Assembly: GCA_951406725.2 (NCBI GenBank)
Contig: OX597825.1
Span: 66,588,001 to 66,652,000 of the forward strand
Direction: 5' to 3'
DNA: 64,000 nt
Origin: Octopus vulgaris
Lineage: Eukaryota
Part shown: piece by piece, positions 24,723-40,972 of the stretch
Numbering within the stretch: position 1 is the stretch's first letter
How the letters are laid out: each line of letters opens with the position of its first letter
Position numbers and translations under genes: made by a program
Notes under the pieces: model-generated
The model's input: only the letters and a program-made list of their open reading frames with translations
What the model was told of the DNA's origin: nothing
The model's database searches: none

Positions 24723-25919
24723 TATGATTAAACTATATTACGTATCTCATGAAGTCAAACACATTGTATAGTGACTTCAGTATAGCACACTGTCGTCAAA
24801 AAGGGGAAAATATTATACCCATTAATAATAATTCTTGTTTCTTCCATAAAGCTGGCATGCTGGCAGAATCGTTTGCATGCCGGGCAAAATGCTTTGCGGC
24901 ATTTTGTCGGTCCTTACGTTCTGAGTTCAAATTTCGCCGAGGTCGACTTTACCTTTCACTCTTTCGGGGTTGATGAAGCGAGTACCAGTTGCGCACTGGG
25001 GTCGATGTAATGGACTTACTCCCTCTCGCAAAATTGTTGGCCTTGTGATAAATTTTGAAACCAATATTCAAGGAGGCGAGCTGGTACAATCGCGTCTACA
25101 CCGCAAAAAATGTTTAGTGGCATGCTTCCCGACCTCAAGTTCTGAGTTCAATTATCGATAGGGTTGGCTTTGCCGTCCATGATAAGGACCAGCTGTTCAG
25201 TAGGATCGATGCGATCAATTTCCCTCCTTGCCTGAAATTGCTGGCTTTGTGCCAAAATTCGAAACCATTAATAATTCCTGTTTCTTACATAAAGCCGATG
25301 AGCTTGCAAAATCGTAAGCACGGTGATCAATAATCTTAGTGACACTCCTTCCGTGTCACTACGTACTGAGTTCAAATTTGCCCGTGATCGATTTCATCCT
25401 TTCGGGATCGATAAAATAAGAGAGTAACGGATCGATAGGGGCGGCGTCCATGGTTGTGTAATCAGCTGATGAATGATTCACAATTGAATGGATCGGAATC
25501 CGTGAAAGCAGTGCGAGCGAAGAAAATAATTTTTAAACTTCAAGATGTCAATGATGTGACAGTTAGTAATGGTTTTGTAGATATGTGTGTAAGGCTAGAT
25601 TTAAATACTGAAGTGTTTAAATGCTGAAGTGCTAAGATATTGAGCCGGCGTTAAAATGTCGGAAAAAATGCTTTGTGATAATAATTCTGACTTTATTTTT
25701 TCTGAGTTCAAATCGGGTTGAGATCAACTTAGCTTTCATACCACTGTGGTCTATTAAATAAGTACCAGTTACGCACTGGGATCGATGTAATCGACTTAAT
25801 CCGTTTGTCTGTCTTTGTTTGTCCTCCCTGTGTTTAGCCCCTTGTGGGTAGTAAAGAAATAGGTGTATGTATAGACATCCGTGTGTTAGCGCTTTTGAAT
25901 GTCCTCTATGTGTGAGGCA

Positions 25920-25986
<67 letters not shown>

Positions 25987-26049
25987 CATACATATATATA
26001 TTAACATATACACTCACATACAAACTTTCAGCAAGGCGACATACCCTTA

Positions 26050-26099
<50 letters not shown>

Positions 26100-26213
26100 A
26101 TATAAAAATTTAAATAATAAGGCTGATTATATAATATCAATTTAAAACCAGTGACCTAACATATTGAAAAATCTGAAGATTCAGTAAAATTATATTACAT
26201 ACATATAAGAGGG

Positions 26214-26784
26214 ATGGCCACTAAATAGACATCCATTATGCTAGAAGAAGACCCCATATGGTCTGACCACTAAGAAAAGATTGTTCTCAAGAAAATTCAG
26301 CAAACGCTAGAACCTAAGCGAGAAAGACGAATGAAAAGATACAAATATAAAGATTAATCACAAACCCGGTTTCATTGTTACCGCTTACGTAAATGTCCAC
26401 AATTCATCAGTGTGATCGTCAAAGCAAAATATAATTTGCAAAACTATACACGGGACGTCCGCGCGCCAAAAGAAGACTTTTGAAATATAACCCCAAATGT
26501 AATTGGTAGAACTATATGCATGTTCAATCTCATACGGACGTCCCGTGTATAGTTCCTCAAATTATACTTTGCTATGACGTTCATACTGATGAACTACGGA
26601 CATTTACGTAAGTGGTAACAATGAAATCGTGCTTGTGATTAATCTTTATATTTTGTATCTTTCCATTCGTCTTGCTCGCTTACGTTCTGGCGTTTGCTGA
26701 ATTTTCTTGAGAACAATCTTTTCTCAGTGGTCAGACCATATGGGGGTCTTCTTCTAGCGTAATGGATGTCTACTTAGTGGTCAT
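26214..26784. repeat. ~250-bp-arm fold-back element bounded by (TA)n
   Basis: Arms 26214-26461 and 26535-26784 are reverse complements with scattered substitutions. Confidence 0.92.
26357..26416 (-). ncRNA. type I hammerhead ribozyme in the fold-back arm
   Basis: atcaca-CTGATGA-attgt-(20 nt)-acaat-GAAAC-cgg-GTT-tgtgat: perfect 6-bp stem I and 5-bp stem II. A degenerate mirror copy lies at 26580-26639 (+). Confidence 0.7.
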
Positions 26785-26818
26785 GTATATATGTACATAT
26801 ATACATACATATATAAAG

Positions 26819-26904
<86 letters not shown>

Positions 26905-27591
26905 GCACACACTTTGCTTAAATTAGTGTCACCAGCCCCTTTATTTATCGGTCGAAACGAACCACATGATCCAAGTCTTAAATTCTACATTATGCATTCA
27001 AAATGTATATAAATAGTCTACTTGGGTGTGCGCAGCATAATAATAACAAAACAAAACGAGATATGGACGTGAACGTTGTTACAGAAAGATAGGTGGTTGA
27101 ATAATTATTTTGTAAAATGCGCGATAAAATTAATAAGATCGGGTTTCGACACATTTCGCCAAAATAATATTCAGTGTAAACTCATATTGTTACAAACATG
27201 TTTAATTTGTGTCAGTAGAAGGACATCTACTTTCCTGTACAGCTCCTTATCAGCCTGTTGCCTGGCGCACAAAAAATAATTTAACACACTATTTCATTCA
27301 AGCACAAGTTAGCATACTTCTATAATTTCTGGCTTCATGTTTCTCGTATGAAGTGGGTGAAAAAAATGATCAAATTTCCGAATCCTAAAGTCAAGATTGT
27401 TGCGAACCTTTGTAGTAGTAGATTAATCATTAATTTAAGTGGTTATCATCAAGCGCGTTTTAACTATGAGAGTGGTGTCTTTATTTTAGACATAACCAGC
27501 TGTTGCAGTCGACATGGCGTGGAAGGTTACGACTGCGTGTACATACGCACATACATACATGCACACGTGCACACACACACACACACACACA

Positions 27592-27657
<66 letters not shown>

Positions 27658-27760
27658 CAATAATAACAAAGGGTAAATTTAATTAATTAACTAGTAAGCA
27701 ATAATTTTACCAAGTAGAATTCGGCATGAAAAAGGACCATTTCTCGGTAAACTAAAGTAA

Positions 27761-27971
27761 TACTTTATAACAGGGTTCAGCAAAGATTTGCTTTACCACA
27801 TACCGAAGTTTAGAAATAGCAGTCAAAGAACCTTAGCTATTTCTTCTGCTTTAAAAAGAGACTCCCGAAAAACAAACGACACGAAGAGGAAATAGTTAAG
27901 GTTCTCTGGCTGCTATTTCTAAACTTCGGTATGTGGTAAAGCAAATCTTTGCTGAATCCTATTATAAAGTA
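27761..27971. repeat. ~87-bp-arm inverted repeat abutting (TA)n
   Basis: TACTTTATAA..GCAAAGATTTGCTTTACCACATACCGAAGTTTAGAAATAGCAG is mirrored at 27883-27971. Confidence 0.9.
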
Positions 27972-28336
27972 TATATATATATATGAATTATAACGTCGGA
28001 TGTAATCAATTGAACCACACGTGTATTTATTGTTATGGTAAAATCTGGCGTGTGATTGAGTGGATTTCATCCAGATAGTTTTGGCTGAGGAGCTACAAGT
28101 GGGTTTTTTGTAAGTAAAATTACATTTAATTCATTAATAGCGAAACAATTGTCCCAAAATAATCTGTATTTTTGTTATTTTTTATTTGCCCTGTTCGTGT
28201 GAGCTAACAATCGTACTGACTTTCATAGGAAACATATATTTTTGTGGTTGAAACCTTTTGGATTTTCTAGTGCTAGAATGAGCCACATAGTGACCATTCT
28301 CTTATATTTATTATTTATATATATATATATATATAC

Positions 28337-28920
28337 TTAAGGTTCAGTAAAAAGTAAGCAGCGTTTTGAACCATGAAGAATTTGTACCGGATTTTTGCAG
28401 AGTTTTGAATTTTTTAAAACATATTTTGGCAATTGTCTGATAATACATATATAGATTTGCCCAAAGGCATCAGTTATTTTAACATTGATATTTTTTTCAC
28501 CGTTGTTACAATCACCTGAAATGCAAGTGTCAAAGCGCGATATTCGAGCAATTTTATTATTTAACTTCAAAAAAGGACGTAACGCAGCTGAAACTGCTCG
28601 CGATATCAACGAAACGTTTGGTGAGGAAATGACCAGCAAGTGGTCAGCTCGAAAATGGTTTAAACGATTCCGCAGTGGAGCCTGAGCCTTGAAGATCGTG
28701 AGCATAGTTGACGCCCATGTAGCATCGATGACGGTCAATTTAAGACCATCATTGAGAAATCTCTACGTAATACCACTCGAGAACTGGCAAAGTTAGCCAA
28801 AAAAACTGCCTGCAGCCATTTGCATGCGGTCGGAAAATCGAAAAAGCTCCAAAAGTGGGTATCACACTATTTGAATCAATATCAGAAAATGCGAAGATAT
28901 GAAATTTGCTCGTCGCTTCT
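28337..28920 (+). mobile_element. 5' part of a mariner (Tc1/mariner) transposon, pseudogenised
   Basis: MQVSKRDIRAILLFNFKKGRNAAETARDINETFGEE..ARKWFKRFRSG matches the mariner N-terminal HTH; starts next to a TA run. Confidence 0.85.
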
Positions 28921-29444
28921 CCTGTTCTGAACGGAAATAACAAAAAAAATATAACAACCAGTTAATGATGTAGATTAAAGAAGTAGGAGTGGCTGTGTGG
29001 TAAGTAGCTTGCTTACGGACCACATGGTTCCGGGTTCAGTCCCACTGCGTGGTACCTTGGGCAAGTGTCGTCTACTATAGCCTCGGGCCGACCAAAGCCT
29101 TGTGAGTGGATTTGAAAGACGATCGTGAGGGATCGTGAGAGAACAAAAGTATCGATTATTCTGTTCGTAATCCTGCGTGTTGTGTTCTTGAGCAAGAAAC
29201 TTTATTTCACGTGACTCCAGTTCACTCAGCTGTAGAATTGAGTTGCAGCGTCACAGGTGCCAAGCTGTATCAGCCCCTTTGCCTTTCCCTTGGATAACAT
29301 CGTTGGCGTGGAGAGAGGAGGCCGCTATGCATGGGCGACTGATGGTCTTCCAAAAACAACCTTGCCCGGACTTGTGCCTGGGAGGGTAACTTTCTAGGTG
29401 CAATCCCATGGTCTGTGTCGTGACTGAAGGGGTCTCAGATATAT

Positions 29445-29499
<55 letters not shown>

Positions 29500-29593
29500 A
29501 AATATATATATATATATAAAAGGAAATGAAGAAAATGCTGACAAAATAATTTAAGTAATTTAATTAGGTGAGAGAGAGAGATTTTTTCCTTTA

Positions 29594-29652
<59 letters not shown>

Positions 29653-30154
29653 GAGAGAGAGAGAGAGAGAGAGAGAGATACACACATTTTTATATGATGG
29701 ACGTCAACCCATGACCAAGTAAGACTACTTCTTAAATCCATTCCACTCTAAGATACATCTCATCCTTGTCTCCCCATCGCTGATAATATCTTCCAATGCT
29801 TCTAAGACTCTTAAGGCTTGTAAGGGACCGTGCACAAGTCATTACACACCGACCACAAGTCAGCCACTCAATAAGCACCCAACTGCACTAGATAACATCC
29901 AGCGCAGAGGCTCCAACTAACCACTGCACTGAAACAAACGTAGGAGACAGGCGCAGACGTGGCTCCGTGGTAAGAAGCTTGCTTTCCAATCACATACTTT
30001 CGAGTTCAGTCCAGTCCAAACTGCGTGGCACTTTGGGCAAGTGTCTTCTACAATAGCCATGAGCCGACCAAAGCCTTGTGAGGGGATTTGGAAGACGGAA
30101 ACTGAAAGAAGTCCGTTGTATATGTATGTGTGTGTGTGTATGTGTTTGTGTTAG

Positions 30155-30194
<40 letters not shown>

Positions 30195-30468
30195 CGTATG
30201 CACACGAAGTCGTAACCTTCCAAGCGTCTTATGTGCGTGTGTCTTTGTGTTTATGTTTCCGTCCCCGTAACTTAGCGGTTCGGCAAAGAGACCGATAAAA
30301 TGAGTAACAGGCTTAGGAAGAGCACTGGAGTCGATTTCTCTGATTACAAAGTCACAGCTTGGTTGCAGTCTAATGACTGAAACAAGCAAAAGATAAAAAA
30401 AGATAAAAGAGAACATCTGATATAAATAAACGTCAGTCTATTACTTTTTCAAAGAGTTATATGATCAT

Positions 30469-30885
30469 AGGCGCAGGAGTGGCTGTGTGGTAAGTAGCTT
30501 GCTAACCAACCACATGGTTCCGGGTTCAGTCCCACTGCGTGGCATCTTGGGCAAGTGTCTTCTGCTATAGCCCCGGGCCGACCAATGCCTTGTGAGTGGA
30601 TCTGGTAGACGGAAACTGAAAGAAGCCTGTCGTATATATGTATATATATATAAGTTTGTGTTTATATGTTTGTGTGTCTGTGTTTGTCCTCCTAGCATTG
30701 CTTGACAACCGATGCTGGTGTGTTTACGTCCCCGTCACTTAGCGGTTCGGCAAAAGCGACCGATAGAATAAGTACTAGGCTTACAAAGAATAAGTCCCGG
30801 GGTCGATTTGCTCGACTAAAGGCGGTGCTCCAGCATGGCCGCAGTCAAATGACTGAAACAAGTAGAAGAGTAAAAAGAGAGAGTA
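30469..30885 (+). mobile_element. full-length SINE family B
   Basis: GGCGCAGGAGTGGCTGTGTGGTAAG head, GGTTCAGTCCC B box, TTGGGCAAGT core, internal microsatellite. Other copies at 28983, 29947, 45880, 56688 and 60580. Confidence 0.9.
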
Positions 30886-31377
30886 AAGAGTATATGTGTG
30901 ACTGCACCCGGGTTTGTTTACTGCTAGCGCGTTCTTTTCGTTTTCTTGTCATTAAGAAGTAGCGAAACCCTCTTCTCATGTGTTGCTATAATAATGAACA
31001 ACGCTCTTCTGTTTTGAGTCTTCTAGGCCTCAAATCCCTTTAAAACCTTTTCATGAACATGGGCTTATGTCTGAATGTACATAATTGGAAACATTTCTAT
31101 GTAGTAACGCATAGTTTCGTCCACTGGTATGTAGATTCATATAGGCTAATCCTATAACGATAGTGTCCATTAAGAGCTCGATAAATACATTCATCAAGCG
31201 TTTCTTGATCAAAAGCTCTGGGCAGCGCTTGCAAAAGAGAAGAAAAGTATCGATTATTCTGTTCGTAATCCTATAATCTGCTATTACCATTTCTTACAAA
31301 TTGCGCAAAATCTAGAGGGACGTCTTTGTATATATTTAAACCACACACACACATATATAGTTCAAATATATACAAAA

Positions 31378-31448
<71 letters not shown>

Positions 31449-31685
31449 GCTCCCTTTTAAAGCCTAGCCAGGCTCATGGGCCCGGTGTCCATGTTTCTAT
31501 GGCGTACGTGTTCCCCGGCTGGACGGGACGCCAGTCCATCGCAGCGTTACTCATTTTTGCCAGCTGAGTGGACTGGAGCAATGTGAAATGAAATGTTTTG
31601 CTCAAGAACACAACGCGTCGCCCTGTCCAGGAATCGAAACTACAATCTTACGATCATGACACTCTAACCACTAAGTCACGCGCCT

Positions 31686-31762
<77 letters not shown>

Positions 31763-32039
31763 CATATATCAGTTGAATAAAGTTAAAACATGGTCTGGTT
31801 TTCACGTTTCTTATTATTGTATTAAAATTTTTTTTACCATGTTGAAGTGTGTTAAACATTAAAAAATATTTTGTAACGTTCATAAAGTTATCGCTTTCAT
31901 ACGTTCGTAGTAATCAACAGATTTCAGAATGTATTTAACTGATAGTTTAGTTCCTGACAACTGTAGTAAAATTATTGACTTCTTCCTTTAGAAATTATCG
32001 AAGCAATATCGAAAATAGCCACGGGAAATATAGCTGAGA

Positions 32040-34598
32040 AAATGAAAGTGATGTGGATTAAAGATATTAGAAATGAAGATAGTAAATCAAGACATTTATG
32101 GCAAAAGGAACAATTGTCCCTTGATAAATATGCTGAAAACTACGGTAATGACACTTCAGTACCACGTAAAAGATATATAAGGAAGCAACCTAACCAACAC
32201 AATATACACAAAAAGACGTGGCAAGAAAAACTGTCAACGACAAGGAACTACGGTAAGAATTTTTTATCATTTAAAAATACCAAGAAACATACCAATACAT
32301 GTAGCATACAAGAATACCATAAACAAAACGAACATTCCTTTGATAACGATCAAAACGTTAGTAAACAAAACAATTACTCGTTTGATCAAAATATTAAAGG
32401 AAGAAAAACCGGGAAGAATCATATTCAAGACCTCAACAAAAATCACCTGTTAGAAACAAAACAAAACAAAAAAAAAAAACCATATTAGACTGTCAAATAA
32501 ACCCAAAAGATCATTTTCACATACTGATAAAAATAATGAGAATGACGAATCCTTGGCGAAAAATAAATCAAAATTTGACCCGCCAAAAGGACGAAATGCA
32601 CATCTAGATCAGTTCATTGATATCCTTTCCAGATTCTCACTGAGGCACAACATCAACGTCAGACCAAAGATATCAAAACTAGAAAAGTCTACCCTTATAC
32701 ATCTTAAAAATGACAGCACAATTGTCATTAAACAAGCGGATAAATGGGGTACTATTGTTATAATGGATACGGAATCTAGCTGAAAATCATTTGAAGGATA
32801 TAACATTCTACTGTGAAATACCCTCAATTATTGACCACCGTATCATGAAGAAACTCAATTATTTAGTCTTAAAGCAATATAATTCTCCCACTCCTAATGA
32901 AAGGGACTATATTACTAATTTTTAGTCGAAATCTAGCAACTTTTATGGCTTACTTAAAATACACAAGTCAAAAGAAATACAAAAGCACTTTAAAGAAAAA
33001 AACAAGTTAGTGAATACATAAAACTACTCCAACCAAAAGACCTTAAACTAAGTCCTATTATAGCTGGTCCAGCCCGTCCTACACATCGTCTAAACAACCT
33101 CACTGACATTATCTTAGAACTACTATGTAGTCACATACTCAGTTTCATTCGGGATGACATTGATTTCCTGTCACATCTGCCCAAAACAACAGAGTCCAAT
33201 TCACTGTTATATAAGTTTGATGTAACAAACTTATATACGAATATTCCACATGATTTGGGAATTACTGCCATAAAATATTGGGGCGAGGAACAAAGAGAAG
33301 CGAACCCCAGATTTACTGTAACCCTCATACTAGATGTGGTCAGTCTCATTCTCGAAAAAACAAAATACATTCCTTTTCAACGGAAAAAAAACTACCACCA
33401 AATTCAAGGCACAGCTATGGGAACGCGATTTGCACCACTTTTCGCTAACTCAGTATCAGAATAAATAGAACAAAAACTATGTTTAAAAAAAATGAATAAA
33501 ACTACGGCATGATCTTTAAAAGACATATAGAGAACACATGGAAAAGACACTTCGATAATTGTTTCCTAGTTTGGACCAAATCTCTAGGAAATCTGGAAGA
33601 ATTCAGCACCCTCCTCAACGATCTACACCCTAGTTTCAAATTCACAACAGAAATGAGCAACCTACAATTACCATTTCTTGACATAATCGTAATTAAAAGC
33701 AACAGAATCATCACAGCTGATATTTATTACAAAAGCACAAATACACACCGGTACCTACATTTCAAATCATGTCACCCAACACACACAAAACGCAACATCT
33801 CATACTGTCTAGTTAGGAACATTTGTACTATAGTAGATGATCTAAGTACCAGAAACATACGACTTATAGAATCCCAAATATTTCTGCTCAAGCAAAACTA
33901 CCCTCTTATAGAAAATAACATACAACGAGAAAAAGAGATACCTATAGAACAATACGAAAAAGACGAACCCATCAACGGAACACAATACCACTTCTAGTAA
34001 CACACAATCCGCATCACCAAAACATTTTTAACATCCTCAAAACAAATTTGTCAATCATGAAACAAAGTGAAAAACTGAAAAAAACATAATAACTAATCAA
34101 ACATTTATCTTAAGCAAAAGGCAACCACATAACCTAAAGAAATTATTAACAAAGGCAAAATTTAACGTGAGCAAACAAGATAAAACATTCACATATCCAC
34201 TTGTAATAACAGACGTGGAAGGTTTCAATACACGCATACTGATAAATCCATTAGAACAAAAAAAAAAAAAATGGACAGATTTTCGCAAATGCAGATATGA
34301 AATGCAAAAGCAGAAATTTGATCTACTACATTAAAAGCTCTAATTGTGAGGAGCTATATATTGGCGAGACAGGGAATGCATTATCGGAGCTCTCACGATT
34401 CCAAATCTAGAACTCTAACGTTCGCCAAATTCCATTGAGCGGACATATGTTCAGAAAATGTTTCTAAGTTTTCGTTTTTAGAAAATACATTACACAAGTG
34501 AGGTTGGGAGAAAGATTAAAGAAAAACGGTTTATTAAATGTTCAAACCTGTTCTGAACGGAAATAACAACAATAATATTACAACCAGTTAATGATGTG
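32040..34598 (+). mobile_element. decayed Penelope-like retroelement (RT + GIY-YIG)
   Basis: IVIKQADKWG, FYGLLKIHK, PIIAG, FDVTNLYTNIP, QGTAMGTRFAP, LPFLDI, YLHFKSCHPTHTKRNI, and LIYYI..LYIGETG near 34320-34375; many frameshifts. Confidence 0.9.
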
Positions 34599-34608
34599 GA
34601 TAAAAATG

Positions 34609-34664
<56 letters not shown>

Positions 34665-34683
34665 TATGATTATTATAATAATA

Positions 34684-36722
34684 ACAAGCGCAGAAATCTC
34701 AGCTCCGCATGGATTGACTATAAAAAGGCCTTCGACAGTATACCGCATCCATGGATCTTGAGATCGCTGGACATCTTCAAAATTTCCCCTGTGATTTCAA
34801 ACTTCCTGAAGCACAATATGTCGTTGTGGAATACGAATCTCCAATTATACCACTCTAATGGAGTACTTGCCTCAGAAAATATAAACATCAACTGTGGAAT
34901 TTTTCAAGGTGACTCACTTTCACCTTTAATATTCTACATAGCCCTAATACCCCTTACAAGTGAATTAAACAGAACAGGGTATGGGTATAAAATTGCCAAT
35001 AAAAAAATAAGCCATCTATTTTATATGGATGACTTAAAACTCTATGGTAAAGACAATAATGAACTTGAAGGCCTATTGCGCACTGTGAAAGCATTCAGCG
35101 ATGACATCGGGATGGAGTTTGGACTTGAGAAGTGTGCCAAGGCCACTTTCCAGAAAGGGAAAGTGAAGACCACAAATTTAGTCGTGTTAGATGTTGACAC
35201 AGTCAAAAGAGAGCTTGAGCAAGAACAAACATACAACTATTTAAGGATAAGTGAAGGCTCTGGTATTCAGCATGCAAGCATGAAAGAGAAGATCAAGAAG
35301 GAATGTTATAGGAGAGTTCGTACAGTCCTGAAATTTGAACTAAATGCACGTAACAAGGTGGTAGCTATAAATTCCTTAGCAGTTCCAGTTGTTACTTATA
35401 GCTACAATGTGTTGAACTGGAATATGAGTGAAGTAAAGAATATAGATAGGAAAATACGCAAGCTGCTGAGTTGTAATAGGATGCACCACCCAAAGGCAGA
35501 CGTAGATCGCCTTTACCTTCCCAGAGCCCAAGGAGGTCGAGGCCTGATCCAATTTGAACTAGCTTACAAAACAACCACAATTGGACTGGCCAAATATCTC
35601 GAAATAACAAATGACTGGATGCTAAAGCTCGTGGAAAATCACGAGAGACGAAAGAAGCTTCATTCTATCATAAAGGAAAGCAAAAAATTTGCTATTGATC
35701 TCGTGCAGGATACCCAAACTGAACAACCCGAGGGAAGTACGACAACTATTGTTGCAAAGAAGGTGAAAATAATGGCAACAAAAAAAGTGCACGAGCAATT
35801 GGCTGATAGGTGGGAGGAGAAACCTCTGCACGGCAAATATGTGGCCCGCAGCAAACAATCTGATGTTGACCAGAAGCAAACCCATCAGTGGCTACGGAGC
35901 TCAGGGCTAAAAGCAGAGAGCGAAGGTTTCATCCTGGCTGCTCAAGATCAAAGCCTATTAACCCGGAACTACCAGGCCAATGTGGTGAAAAATGGAACAG
36001 ACCCAAAATGCCGATTCTGCAACGACATGATTGAAACAGTGGACCACCTAATCTCTGGATGTACAGTCTAAGCACCAGTGGAGTATAAATTAAGACATGA
36101 CAGAGTTGGCCAATATCTCCACTGGCTAATAAGTCGGCATTACAATATCAAAACTGCCGACAAGTGGTATAATCACCACCCTGAGGCTGTAACTGAAGGA
36201 GAAAATGTAACCATTCTGTGGGACTTTCCAGTACATACAGACCGAACCATCAAGGCCAATAAACCAGATATTGTTGTGAAAGACCAAAACAATAAAGTTT
36301 GCTTATTGATCGACATGAGCATCCCCTGTGATCATAATATCTCAGCGAAAGAGTTTGACAAGCTCAGAAAATATAAAGACCTACTCATTGAAATTGAGAA
36401 AATGTGGCATCTCAAGGCGGTTACAATACCAGTGATCGTAGGAGCACTAGGAATGATCAAGAAGGGAACCGAAAATTATATGAGAATGATTCCTGGCTTA
36501 CCATCCCTGCAAGAAGTGTAAAAGATTGTCTTAACTGGTACATCATACGTATTGAGAAGAGCATTGTCGATGTGAGAACTGTTGCTGCTCATGTATTTTA
36601 ATTTAACTTAAAAAAAAAAAAATGAACGAACTATTGAGTTTGGTTTAATGGCCTACCAATGTATACTATGAGTTTCTTTGCCCTAGGAGTCGGAAGCAAA
36701 TTTGAAAGAAAAAAAAATAATA
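34684..36722 (+). mobile_element. 5'-truncated R4/Dong-like (RLE-type) non-LTR retrotransposon
   Basis: WIDYKKAFDS, GIFQGDSLSP, FYMDDLKL, GGRGL, CRFC..ETVDHLISGC, RHD, KPDIV, IDMSIP, K..KY. Only two in-frame stops (36069, 36519); the ORF ends near 36575. Abuts AAT repeats at both ends. Confidence 0.9.
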
Positions 36723-36724
36723 AT

Positions 36725-37255
36725 CGTTTTGCTCTGATGCAGTACCAGGCAGTAGCCTTCATGGCTTATGATCTTAACTGATTGGAAGTGTTATCAAGCA
36801 CGTTGTTTTATCTTGGTATAGAAGATGGACAACAGCAAATATTCTGCTCAATGCCACAGATTTTCTTGACCTTAGTTGAGCATGTCCCTTAGTGGTTGAC
36901 GATATGTGCATCTCTGATCACGAGCAGAAGTAGGAGGGGAGCATCATAGCCATGCGTTGAGAGGAATTCTTTGGGGTTTGGATAATTCAGCTTTGGAAAC
37001 ATAGGTGTTTTGTTCAACATCTTTAAACAACCCTTATTCAGGGACTTCGATCTGAGGAAAATTCTAACTGGGCCCCCGCCTGCAAGGTCATGCCCTGTTT
37101 ATCTTGATATGAGATCACTATGTCGCGCAATTCTGGTTGTGGTGAATGTGCCTAGTGGACCCTTATCAGACGAGTAGTCATGATGGGTATGCTGGGCCTC
37201 GTATATTTTACCCTAGTGTCACTTCGATAGCATGCACTTTTCTCTCACACAATAA
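36725..37255 (+). mobile_element. non-coding repeat ending in AAT (3' part recurs at 39530-39737 and 39805-40050)
   Basis: GAAAATTCTAACTGGGCCCC...GCATGCACT..TCTCTCAC followed by AAT repeats in three copies. Confidence 0.7.
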
Positions 37256-37276
37256 TGATAGTAATAAAAATGACAA

Positions 37277-38462
37277 ATGCAAAAAAAAAAAGTCATAGTA
37301 TCTAACAACTGTGAAGAAAAAGAAGAAACAAGAAAAGCTGTAAAACAACTGAAATCCAAACTAAAACTGGAACAGCAAAGGATCAGGATAAAACGATGGC
37401 AAGAAAAGCTCCTTCATGGCAAATACTGGGTTAAAATAAAAAGAAAAGAAATAGCAAAAGCAGAATCCCAACAATGGCTGAGAAGCTCAGGGCTCAAAGC
37501 AGAAACGGAAGGATTTTTAATTGTAGCACAAGATCGAAGCCTTCCCATCAGAAATTACCAAGACTATGTAATAAAAAAGAAATACAAGTAACTGCAGAAT
37601 ATGTGGAGATGGACAAGAAACAATAAATCATATTGTCTTTGACAGCCCAGTTCTCGCTAAGAAGGGATATATTCACTGACACACAGACTGGGGACCTGTA
37701 TACGCTGGAAGCTGTGCCAACACTATGGAATAACAACAGAAAAAAGATGGTGTTGGCAACGCCAGAAAAGGTCACAGAAAATGAGAAAGTAACCATACTC
37801 TGGGATATGCCAATAGACACTAATAGAGAAAGGAAAGCCAATTGGCCGGATATAATTGTCAGAGATCATAAAGAAAATATGCTTTCTAATCGTTGTATCA
37901 ATACCAACATATGACAATGTTTCTCTAAAAGAAACGGAGAAACTTTCAATGTGGAATCTTAAAACACAAACAATCCCTATCATAGTAGGCGCATTAGGTA
38001 TGATTAAAAAATATTCAGACAAATATTATATTCTTGAGCCATGCCTGGCTTATAAGAGCCGGTTTCCCGGTGTCATTGGTGTATAGGTTCCGCAACTGGA
38101 CGGGACGCCAGTCTGTCGCAGGTGAGCTGCTAGATGCAGGAGGAAAGAGTGAGAGAAAGTTTTGGCCAAAGAGTCAGCAGAGGTTTGCCATTACCTTCTG
38201 TCGGAGCCGCTGGAGCTTAGGTGTATCACTCATCAACACAAACATCGCCCGGTCTGAGATTCAAACCCGCGACCCCTCGACTTCTCAACAACAAATATTT
38301 ATAGCATACTGAAAATAGCATTACTAGGTACCTCACATATCCTACGTAAAACCTTTTCACTACAGTATGAATAAGAGCATCACAACAAACCACAGCACAA
38401 GCCCAAGGCACACAGAGCTGCGCTCGGTAGTGCAGTGAAAGTACGTGATAAAAATAAGATTA

Positions 38463-38466
<4 letters not shown>
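37277..38466 (+). mobile_element. second, older R4/Dong-like fragment with a nested SINE (38034-38282)
   Basis: WQEKLLHGKY, QWLRSSGLKAETEGF, VTILWDMP, PIIVGALG, KIALLGTSHILRK; ends in (AAT)n at 38467. Confidence 0.85.
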
Positions 38467-40419
<1,953 letters not shown>

Positions 40420-40748
40420 CACATGAAGAAGAGTTACCTCTTATATAGTGTATCGTTCTTATGATTTGCTTCGAATATACCCCATCAAAAAAAATAAATA
40501 AATAAAAATAAAAAAACGGTGCCAACGAATTCTTTTATATATTTAATTAGTCATGACAGACATGATCAGGCATATCACTTATATTTGTCCCAGATATAGA
40601 ATAAAGAAAGAAAAAAATGACATGAAGTTAATTCCTGTTAGTATGTTGTTTTTCTTTCACCCATTCACATGTATCCCTCACGCTACCCCCTCAGCCACTC
40701 ACTTTCTTCCCTCTAACTGTTCCCTATACTTATATACATATATATGCT

Positions 40749-40783
<35 letters not shown>

Positions 40784-40972
40784 ATTTATCAAACTATCTT
40801 TCTATCCGTCTCTTGTATTCGTTATTTAATTCATAGCGTTTTCTTCTTTAATTCAGTTCGCTTCTGTGTTCTCTCGTTTAATGGTTTTTTTCCCCCACCC
40901 ATTTCCTATTTTACTGACAAGTAGTAAAGTTTTTACAAGTTAACGATCGGAGAAAGAATTAGGAAACAAAAT

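Noticed and set aside
25460-25520. CTGATGA...GAAAG hammerhead candidate
   Set aside because: A partial stem II only; no stem I or valid cleavage triplet found.
30469-30545. tRNA genes at SINE heads
   Set aside because: A/B boxes are present but there is no complete cloverleaf, and they continue into SINE bodies.
34596-34683. Poly-Asn N-terminus of the 491-aa ORF
   Set aside because: (AAT)n target repeat fortuitously in frame with the truncated RT.
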